The notes below the pieces were generated by a model. The model had not been told where the DNA came from. It searched no databases and was given only the letters and a program-made list of their open reading frames with translations. A stretch of DNA of 39,608 bases. Origin: Nemertoderma westbladi. Lineage: Eukaryota > Animalia > Xenacoelomorpha. The stretch is taken from positions 1 to 39,608 of the forward strand of contig JAUCBJ010002171.1 in NCBI GenBank assembly GCA_032718475.1. Direction: 5' to 3'. Positions 24,936-34,888 of the stretch are shown here, piece after piece. The position numbers and the translations under genes were made by a program. Positions within the stretch are counted from its first letter, which is position 1; every line of letters begins with the position of its first letter.

Positions 24936-25048
24936 AAAAAAATGAGAGCGCGTCACCGGGGGTTGAACCAGCGCTATACGTACGTTTCGGCCTAACAGGC
25001 CTCATCAGTAGCGCTAACCAGCTCAGCCACTAGCCCCTGACACTCACA
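24936..25048 (-). ncRNA. Putative Pol III small RNA / SINE-like unit (A box, B box, oligo-T) carrying a hammerhead ribozyme
   Basis: A box TGGCTGAGCTGG (25029-25018), B box GGTTCAACCCC (24969-24959), T7 at 24942-24936, terminal pairing of 25038-25048 with 24943-24955. Confidence 0.65.
24970..25015 (-). ncRNA. Minimal type I hammerhead ribozyme
   Basis: AGCGCUA-CUGAUGA-GGCC-UGUUA-GGCC-GAAA-CGUACG-UA^UAGCGCU: perfect 7-bp stem I, intact core, stem II and palindromic minimal stem III. Confidence 0.9.
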
Positions 25049-25840
25049 GTCCCACCCAATCCACTTCTATTGAACGGGCAGTCTTAAGTTGCATATATTC
25101 TATCTCTAACAGCGGACCTACCGGCCTCAAGTATGCTAGAGTGAAACAGGAGGGAAGTACAAATAAATAAATATTCAGCTCGAGTATGTTTTTTCTTAAA
25201 TAATTTCGTAATTTAATATTTATGATCAAAATGATTAAAAAATAAATAAACGTTCAGTTGTAAATTACGACTTACATATATATTTTGCGCTCTATAGATT
25301 TCTGGGGAACCAGATTAATTGATTAGGAATATATCCTGGCAACAAATGATATATTGTTGTTGTCCATCCTGCCAGTTCTAACCAATCACCGGGCGAGCTA
25401 TATCACTCACTCTATGTAATTGCTATTAATTATTACTGTTCGTATCGTTCGTTAGTTCGAAATTTGTTGATTTTATTCGAAACTTTAAATAATAATATTG
25501 CAATAAATGTTGTACTAAATTACACTAATTAAATTGCACTAAATTGCAACTTCATACAATTACAATTCTCGTCTCTAAGTGCTCGCCAACGCCCTTATTT
25601 TAAAACTCCACGCACTGTAACATATTATAATGTGCTAGCTAAATTGATTATAAGTTTTGAAGTAACAAGTAAATATTTGTAATCAGAGACGATGACGGTA
25701 GTTAAGATGTGATGAGGTTTTTCGGACATGTTTCTTTGCTTTCTTAAATCTCATGTTAATATTTACATCAATTTTACTTTCTTATTGTTTTACCTTTAAA
25801 GGAATATTATTTCACTAACCCAATTAAACTTGTCTTGCAG

Positions 25841-26038
25841 TCCGGGTTAACGGCGCTACACGTTGCGTGCTTTATGGGCCACGTCGAGGTCATTAAGTTC
25901 CTCCTTCAGCACAACGCCGGCATCAACCAGGTCAACAACCGAGGGGAGACACCGTTACATCTGGCTACCCGAGCGCAGCACAGCGCCGCCGTTAAGATTT
26001 TGCTAGACAACGGAGCCGAGCCGGATGTTACGTCTAAT
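25841..26038 (+). CDS. ANK: Ankyrin exon (2 ANK repeats)
   Basis: ctaac branch point, ttgcag| acceptor, |GTAAGT donor, 198 nt. Confidence 0.92.
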
Positions 26039-29000
26039 GTAAGTCGTAATATTGTTATTAACGTAATTAATATTATTAAGTATGAGTGGGTAATTCGAAC
26101 TTCTTCCGACCTACACTAGTAATGACATAATTCACAACATCATATCATAATTCATAATAGTATTGAATTGATGACGATAAATAAAAAAATAAAAAAACTA
26201 GATCAGCCATTGTGTCGGTGGAAGCTAACTGTATTAGGACACGGCATCCTTGGGTGGTAACTTAAATTACGATTCAATCGTAGCGATTTTACTACTAAGT
26301 TACTGAATGGTCCACTGGTAAAACCGAGCATCACCATGCAGACACAACGCATCGTACTCGGTGGATACTGCTAGCACAGGGGCGACCCCCCACCCGTGCC
26401 TGAATGCTTGTATAGCTAACAGGGTGTGTGTGGCGGGTTATTGTTACCTCGAGTAGAGAGGCAATGCGACCTAAAAGTGCGCAAATATCTATATATATAA
26501 TGGGGCAACATAAAAATACTAACTGACTGTTCGACTGATGACATCGTTTAATATTTACCATTCTCAGTTTATTCACAAAACACACATGATAGATAAGATT
26601 TCCTGACTGACTACGCTGCTAAGTGTACTAGAGTATGCTATAGTTGTGGGTTCAGTCCAAATAGAATGAAATTGATTCATTAATTATTAAGTACAATAGT
26701 TATTATTATTTATTAAAGCAAGTCGGTAAGGTTTATTATTGCATTGATATCGCTTCATTGTTCCTGCGGTATCCAGTTAGTTATCGTTCCAGTGCGGGTT
26801 TATCTGCGTTAACGTCCTCTTTACTATCGGTAGTTACAACTCCGTCGGCAGTTTGTGTTTCAGCGACTTCCTCTTCTTGCTCCAAGGGAATATTATCTCC
26901 CTCTGGAATATATTGCCTAGAAGTACTTTCATTTTTCCTTGGAATATCCATATTGTTCTCGGGTAAATCGTTATTTTCCCCACTTCTATTATCGCCTTTC
27001 CCGGTTATATTTTCCCCGGGAATATCACTAGTTTCCTCGTCTGTATTTTCCCTTTCCACCCCCGACGTATCGTCTTTCCCTTCCGGTTTTTTCCCGGTTT
27101 CCCCTGACGCCGCTTCGCCCCTTTCCCGCATGCATTTAATCTCCTCGTTGAGTTTCCCGCGCTCTTCCTGCATCGCGCGACACAGTTTCTCGAGCGTAGC
27201 GACCCGCGCGTTCGCCGTGGTTAACTCGGTCTCCCGTAGTTGTCGTTCCTCGGCCATCTCCAGCAGAGATCGGTTGCACGCCTCCCAACGGGACCTAGAA
27301 TAACAACGCAGCCGATGTAGAGCGAGAGAGAGAGAGTTAAAATAATATAGCCGGATATTGTATGATCCGTTCATTCGCTTATTTCTAAGACCAACAAAAA
27401 ATTGTGTAATTCACCCACCCACCACCATATCCTGATGTAAGTCTTACAATTAAAACATTTACGCCCGAATTTATTACATTATTCACTTAAAATCGCTTGA
27501 ACTTTTCACCTTATTGAGTACAATGAACCCAATCCCGCTGCAATGAGTGTATCAACAGCGATAAATGTAAAAGTAAATTACCACGCAATCCCCTCCGCGG
27601 GCAAACTTACCTCGGAATCATGTCCTCTGTGACCGACTTACCGCCACAATGCCGTCTCCTTGTCCAGCCGTTGTATCCGACTTAACGCCACAATGCCGTC
27701 TCCTTCTCCAGCCGTTGTATCCGACTTACCGCCACAATGCCGTCTCCTTCTCCAGCCGTTGTGTCCGACTTACCGCCACAATGCCGTCTCCTTCTCCAGC
27801 CGTTGTATCCGACTTACCGCCACAATGCCGTCTCCTTCTCCAGCCGTTGTATCCGACTTACCGCCACAATGCCGTCTCCTTCTCCAGCCGTTGTATCCGA
27901 CTTACCGCCACAATGCCGTCTCCTTCTCCAGCCGTTGTATCCGACTTACCGCCACAATGCCGTCTCCTTCTCCAGCCGTTGTATCCGACTTACCGCCACA
28001 ATGCCGTCTCCTTCACCAGCCGTTGTATCCGACTTACCTCCACAATGCCGTCTCCTTCTCCAGCCGTTGTATCCGACTTACCGCCACAATGCCGTCTCCT
28101 TCTCCAGCCGTTGTGTCCGACTTACCGCCACAATGCCGTCTCCTTCACCAGCCGTTGTATCCGACTTACCTCCACAATGCCGTCTCCTTCTCCAGCCGTT
28201 GTATCCGACTTACCGCCACAATGCCGTCTCCTTCTCCAGCCGTTGTGTCCGACTTACCGCCACAATGCCGTCTCCTTCTCCAGCCGTTGTATCCGACTTA
28301 CCGCCACAATGCCGTCTCCTTCTCCAGCCGTTGTATCCGACTTACCGCCACAATGCCGTCTCCTTCTCCAGCCGTTGTGTCCGACTTACCGCCACAGTGC
28401 CGTCTCCTTCTCCAGCCGTTGTATCCCGACTTACCGCCACAATGCCGTCTCCTTCTCCAGCCGTTGTATCCGACTTACCGCCACAATGCCGTCTCCTTCT
28501 CCAGCCGTTGTATCCGACTTACCGCCACAATGCCGTCTCCTTCTCCAGCCGTTGTGTCCGACTTACCGCCACAATGCCGTCTCCTTCTCCAGCCGTTGTA
28601 TCCGACTTACCGCCACAATGCCGTCTCCTTCTCCAGCCGTTGTATCCGACTTACCGCCACAATGCCGTCTCCTTCTCCAGCCGTTGTGTCCGACTTACCG
28701 CCACAGTGCCGTCTCCTTCTCCAGCCGTTGTATCCGACTTACCGCCACAATGCCGTCTCCTTCTCCAGCCGTTGTATCCGACTTACCGCCACAATGCCGT
28801 CTCCTTCTCCAGCCGTTGTATCCGACTTACCGCCACAATGCCGTCTCCTTCTCCAGCCGTTGTATCTGACTTACCTCCACAATGCCGTCTCCTTCTCCAG
28901 CCGTTGTGTCCGACTTACCTCCACAATGCCGTCTCCTTCTCCAGCCGTTGTATCCGACTTACCGCCACAATGCCGTCTCCTTCTCCAGCCGTTGTATCCG

Positions 29001-32000
29001 ACTTACCGCCACAATGCCGTCTCCTTCTCCAGCCGTTGTATCCGACTTACCTCCACAATGCCGTCTCCTTCTCCAGCCGTTGTATCCGACTTACCGCCAC
29101 AATGCCGTCTCCTTCTCCAGCCGTTGTATCCGACTTACCGCCACAATGCCGTCTCCTTCTCCAGCCGTTGTATCTGACTTACCTCCACAATGCCGTCTCC
29201 TTCTCCAGCCGTTGTGTCCGACTTACCGCCACAATGCCGTCTCCTTCTCCAGCCGTTGTGTCCGACTTACCGCCACAATGCCGTCTCCTTCTCCAGCCGT
29301 TGTATCTGACTTACCTCCACAATGCCGTCTCCTTCTCCAGCCGTTGTGTCCGACTTACCGCCACAATGCCGTCTCCTTCTCCAGCCGTTGTATCCGACTT
29401 ACCGCCACAATGCCGTCTCCTTCTCCAGCCGTTGTGTCCGACTTACCGCCACAGTGCCGTCTCCTTCTCCAGCCGTTGTATCCCGACTTACCGCCACAAT
29501 GCCGTCTCCTTCTCCAGCCGTTGTATCCGACTTACCGCCACAATGCCGTCTCCTTCTCCAGCCGTTGTGTCCGACTTACCTCCACAATGCCGTCTCCTTC
29601 TCCAGCCGTTGTATCCGACTTACCGCCACAATGCCGTCTCCTTCTCCAGCCGTTGTATCCCCGACTTACCGCCACAATGCCGTCTCCTTCTCCAGCCGTT
29701 GTATCCGACTTACCTCCACAATGCCGTCTCCTTCTCCAGCCGTTGTATCCGACTTACCGCCACAATGCCGTCTCCTTCTCCAGCCGTTGTATCCCCGACT
29801 TACCGCCACAATGCCGTCTCCTTCTCCAGCCGTTGTATCCGACTTACCTCCACAATGCCGTCTCCTTCTCCAGCCGTTGTATCCGACTTACCGCCACAAT
29901 GCCGTCTCCTTCTCCAGCCGTTGTATCCCCGACTTACCGCCACAATGCCGTCTCCTTCTCCAGCCGTTGTATCCCCGACTTACCGCCACAATGCCGTCTC
30001 CTTCTCCAGCCGTTGTATCCCCGACTTACCGCCACAATGCCGTCTCCTTCTCCAGCCGTTGTATCCCCGACTTACCGCCACAATGCCGTCTCCTTCTCCA
30101 GCCGTTGTATCCGACTTACCGCCACAATGCCGTCTCCTTCTCCAGCCGTTGTATCCGACTTACCGCCACAATGCCGTCTCCTTCTCCAGCCGTTGTATCC
30201 GACTTACCGCCACAATGCCGTCTCCTTCTCCAGCCGTTGTATCCGACTTACCGCCACAATGCCGTCTCCTTCTCCAGCCGTTGTATCCGACTTACCTCCA
30301 CAATGCCGTCTCCTTCTCCAGCCGCTGTATCCGACTTACCGCCACAATGCCGTCTCCTTCTCCAGCCGTTGTGTCCGACTTACCTCCACAATGCCGTCTC
30401 CTTCTCCAGCCGTTGTATCCGACTTACCGCCACAATGCCGTCTCCTTCTCCAGCCGTTGTATCCGACTTACCTCCACAATGCCGTCTCCTTCTCCAGCCG
30501 CTGTATCCGACTTACCGCCACAATGCCGTCTCCTTCTCCAGCCGTTGTATCCGACTTACCGCCACAATGCCGTCTCCTTCTCCAGCCGTTGTATCCGACT
30601 TACCGCCACAATGCCGTCTCCTTCTCCAGCCGTTGTATCCGACTTACCTCCACAATGCCGTCTCCTTCTCCAGCCGTTGTATCCGTTTCGTCATTTTATC
30701 CATCTCCCCCTTAAACGTAACAAAAATCTCGTTACTTTTCGTCAACGTGGACTGAAACTCCTCGAATTTATCCGCGTAGATCAGCAACTGTTTCTTTAGG
30801 ACCACCTCCGTGGCCATAAACTCGTCGTTTTGCCGACGAGCTGCGAGATTATCGGTGAGTAAAGTCTCCCGCTCCTTCAGCGCACGCGTTCGTTCCTCGT
30901 TTAACAAGGCCTGCGCCTTGGAGAACTTTGCTTCGGCGAGTTGGTACTCCAGATCCCTGGCGTTCATTAGTTCCTGCACCTGTTTGTCTCGATGTTCGTA
31001 TTGGCCGATTAACGAGGTAAGTTTCTCCGCTAGTTGCCGGTTCTCGTCCCGTAGTTGATTGTTCTTCTCCGTGTTGTCTTCCATCTGTTTCTGCACGTCG
31101 CCCAATGTCTGTTTGAAGTGGTTCGATATCTCTTTGCGTCTCTCTTCCTCCTCTCTCGCTCGAACGACGCTGTCTTCCTTCACTTGCCTGTTCTGTTTCT
31201 GCAACTCGCGACATAGATTCTCGAGTTTACTACGACCAAGCACCGCTTTGCTGTGGTCCCCTTGCAGTCGTTCCTTCTCCTTGGATACCTGCGCGTATTG
31301 TTTATCGAGACCTTTCAGACTGGTCTGCAGTTCCCTGTGTTCCTGCATTAGGTCGGCGTAACGTTTACACAACGCCGCGATCTTTTCCTCCGGGCTATTT
31401 AGCCCCGATAGCGCTTGCATCAACGCCCTGGTTAGTTTGTCGAGGCTCGCAGCGTGTGGTTGGCGGTTCTTGGGCTTCCCGCAGGTCGCGTCCGTTGTTT
31501 TACTTCCAGTTGGCTCGCCGGTTTCCGTGGTAACCAGATCCGCGGGTGATGGCGACCTCTCCTTCGGGTTATTATTTGATGGGCCATTTATTGGACAATT
31601 GTTCTGTGTCGTCATAATTAATACCGGTACTATAATAGGCCTATTGCAGTACTGTAAAATAAGCTACTGGCAGACTAGTACCGGTACCGCGGTACCTTAA
31701 CTCTGTGCGGTAACTGTGAACTGCGTCTGTGCCCTGTGCGTAAGGGACTGATCAATAATGATGCCAGGCAATAATTACAGAATTAGGCTGCAATGTGCAA
31801 TGCAGCAATGTGAATGTGCAATGTGGGCGATATGACAGATGATAGTACAATACAGCAATAGGAGGCCTAGTATGTAAGACTGAAGACTGTACTGTACTGC
31901 CAGACTGTGAGATGTGATGTGTGATTCGTACTTTTCTTCACCTTTCTTTACCTTGCTGATTGCGGAACCAGTGACTAGCTGTCAGGGGATACCGGTACAG

Positions 32001-34829
32001 TCCAAGAACATGCTGGCTAATTGTATCACTTTCGTTCGATATGCTTGTTATTGCTATTCTTCATGTCCATAACATTTTATTTCGCCATCAGGTCATGATT
32101 GTAAAAGCACAACAAGTAAGTAGCCTTTATTTGTCTCCCAGTGTTTTTACGCTTTTATTTCCAGGAGAAGCAAACGCCGCTGCACATAGCTGCCCGTCTA
32201 TCTAACCCAGAGATTGTGGGACTTCTGTTAGCTGCGGGTGCCAACCCTGAAGCTCAGACCCTGGACGGATACACACCACTGCACATATCGTGCAAGGAGG
32301 GCAGCTGCGAAGTAACATCCCAACTGCTGGACCAGGGCGGGAAACTAACCACCGAGAATAAAAAGGGATTCACACCATTGCTACTGGCTGCAAAGTAAGT
32401 TTTTAAGTGCTGTTCTCTGCCAGATCACGGTAATCAGTCCCTGCTCTCCAGCTATATATTGCGCAACATTGCATATTTAAACAATGTTCTGGAATATACA
32501 ATCGAGCCCCTTAATTTTACTACCTTGTCTCTTTCAATGTAGGCGGCGTACCTCAGTTGGTTGAGCGCCATCTATTGGTTGAAGGTTCGAGCCCCGTCAG
32601 GCACCACACTGCCTTTCCATCCTCTGCGACTGGTGCCAATTAAGTCAGTTAAATTACTGTTCTGGTAGGAAATCAAAACAAGGGATATGAGTTGTAGTGC
32701 CCACCCCTTCCTTCGGGTAATAGATAGGAATAACGCCCACTCCTACCTTCGGGTAGCAGATAGGATTTTTTCCTTCATTGATCCTTTATCATTTAATATA
32801 AACAATAAACTCTACCCTACAGATACGGCCGGGTGGATATCGTTAAACTGTTGCTACAACGCTACGCGGACCCCAACGCACCCGGTAAGAACGGGTTGAC
32901 GCCGTTACATGTGGCGACGCACTACAGCAAAGTGGATGTCGCCTTGTTATTGTTGGAGAAAGGCGCCTCGCCACATTCTACGGCTAAGGTATGTCGTGTT
33001 ATTGCGTTTGTTTATTGCGTTTGTTTATTGAGTTTGTTTAAGAGGCCGGTGAGTTTTTCAGTGGCTGCAGGATAGCCAAATTGACCGCGAAAAATTATTA
33101 TTCTTACCTTCTGTATTATTTGTTTAACCGTCTTCAAATTTTGCAAATTCTCAGGTTTTCTTCATATTTATTCCACTTTAAAATTGAGATATTTTGTACT
33201 AATTTAAATTATTCAACCCTAATAAATGTCACAGAAATAATGACGTAATTTCTATCACCTAATATCTTTATAGAATGGATTCACTCCCCTTCACATCGCC
33301 GCCAAGAAGGATGAACTCGAAATAGCTCATAAACTACTGGAGTACGGTGCTGAACCGAACGCGTGCACCAAACATGGTATAACGCCGATGCATCTAGCAG
33401 CCCAGGAGGGTAACATTGATATCATTGCCTTGTTAGTCGATAAGGGTGGTAATGTGGATCACAGCGCCAAGGTAAGTGATACTTCTACTTCTATTGTTTT
33501 GATAAATTATTTTAGTAATGTGTAAATCAAATCGCTCTCTGTTATATTCCAAAAAGTACTTTTACATTACAGCATTGTATTGGCCTATACATTTAGTATT
33601 GTATTTGGTGTAATCAGGCAAGTAATGTCCCCTTAGTGGACATACTTAACGCCGTCATTGGTTACCACGTAAACAATAGGTGGAAATTTGCCTGATAGCC
33701 AGATAGGCCTACTGCATTACCTACCGGTAGGCGGGGTATAGCTATTAATAACCAGTAGGGCCTAGCTATATTATTATAACATGGCTCCAAACGCCACCAT
33801 AAATATAAGCTAACTTATTTATAACATAATTTATGTCATTTTTACATTTATTTATACAGCAACTAATATAATTTAAGTGCAGTTTCTATCACTTATAATA
33901 TATATACAATCATTTCGTAATGTTACAATTTTGGAATAAAACTACATACATACTTGTTGCAAAGTACTTTACAGTGTTCTGATCCTCGTGGCTTTATTTT
34001 CACTCACTCACTCACTAACGTTCGTTCGTGTAACAAAACCACTCGGATTATCACACCGCAAAGTGCTACTTTACACACAAGTATGTAAATAATTATTATT
34101 ATTATTATTTATAAGAAAATCCAAGTGTTAAATTAAAATACGCACAACCAACAAATTAAGTCACATTTTTGAAAATGAGACTGATTATTATATTAGTATT
34201 ATTTTATCTGGTAAATGTCAATTTGAAAAAAAAATTACTTCTGGTAGACGACTGAAATAGCCGATTTAAGTAAAAATATTATGGCAAGGTTTATGTAGCT
34301 TTTAGTTTTTCTCACTTTTAGTACATTATAGTATTTTCGGTAGTGTTTATAGCAATAAAAGTGCTGCAAAATGTTCGCGTTCGGATCCTCGTATCTTTAT
34401 TGTCACTCATTCGCTACGTTCGTTCGTGTCGCTAAATATGATAAAACAAATACCTGTATTTCCCGAATGTATTTGGAATGTATGTTTTTTTGATGAATGT
34501 GTTTGGAAGAAAGTATATTATTTATCGTTATGAAATAATTTTGAGGCTTTAAATCCCCCCAACTATTAATATTTCCCTTGACCTTATTTCCCTTTATTTA
34601 TCCCTAGAATGGTTTACGTCCATTACACGCTGCCGCCCAGGAGGATAAAGTAAGCGCGTGTGCCAAACTCGTAGACAACGGCGCTCCTATAGACGCCCAG
34701 ACTAACGGGGGCTATAGCGCCCTCCATGTGGCCTGTCACTATGGGAACCGAGATACAGTGGAGTATTTACTCCGTCATGGTGCCAATCCCAACAAACAGG
34801 CGAAGAATGGATTTACTCCATTACACCAG
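25841..34829 (+). CDS. ANK: Ankyrin (ANK1/2/3-type), partial: five internal exons of the membrane-binding ANK-repeat domain
   Basis: Exons 25841-26038, 32165-32394, 32823-32988, 33274-33471, 34608-34829 join in frame. The repeat order matches canonical ankyrin repeats ~13-23 ([50 protein letters not shown]). Confidence 0.92.
26781..27294 (-). CDS. TXLN: Taxilin, exon 2
   Basis: ttctag|G acceptor gives WR|[29 protein letters not shown], typical taxilin C-terminal coiled coil, then an acidic tail. Confidence 0.9.
26781..31615 (-). CDS. TXLN: Taxilin family protein (~493 aa), two coding exons, nested antisense in an ankyrin intron
   Basis: Motifs [41 protein letters not shown]. Intron 27295-30647, phase 2. 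Confidence 0.92.
27633..30685. repeat. 44-bp tandem array (~69 copies) derived from the taxilin exon 1/intron junction
   Basis: Minus-strand unit is CGGATACAACGGCTGGAGAAGGAGACGGCATTGTGG(A/C)G + GTAAGT. Confidence 0.97.
30648..31615 (-). CDS. TXLN: Taxilin, exon 1
   Basis: ATG at 31615, AG|GTAAGT donor at 30647. Confidence 0.92.
32165..32394 (+). CDS. ANK: Ankyrin exon
   Basis: ttccag| [11 protein letters not shown]...LLAAK AA|GTAAGT. Confidence 0.92.
32542..32771 (+). mobile_element. tRNA-derived SINE-like element
   Basis: A-box-like TACCTCAGTTGG (32549), B box GGTTCGAGCCC (32584), GCCTTTCCATCCT body motif, duplicated 3' hairpin and T6. Confidence 0.6.
32823..32988 (+). CDS. ANK: Ankyrin exon
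   Basis: ctacag|[12 protein letters not shown]...HSTAK|GTATGT. Confidence 0.92.
33274..33471 (+). CDS. ANK: Ankyrin exon (not in ORF track)
   Basis: ttatag| [12 protein letters not shown]...[13 protein letters not shown]...HSAK|GTAAGT, 198 nt. Confidence 0.92.
34608..34829 (+). CDS. ANK: Ankyrin exon (not in ORF track)
   Basis: ccctag| [13 protein letters not shown]...[13 protein letters not shown]...NGFTPLHQ|GTTAGA. Confidence 0.92.
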
Positions 34830-34888
34830 GTTAGATAAATATCAGCGTTATAAGCATTAAAAATATATTTAGTCCCCTAAATACTCTC

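Noticed and set aside
24943-25048. Canonical or intron-containing tRNA gene
   Set aside because: No standard 7-bp acceptor stem or anticodon loop; only A/B boxes and partial D/T arms are tRNA-like.
27649-30799. Long + strand ORFs (up to 1020 aa) with a 44-aa repeat
   Set aside because: Artefact of a stop-poor 44-bp array read in all three frames; the unit derives from the minus-strand taxilin junction.
32699-32771. HDV-like ribozyme (hairpin followed by CAGA)
   Set aside because: No P1/P1.1/P3 nested pseudoknot could be assembled upstream.
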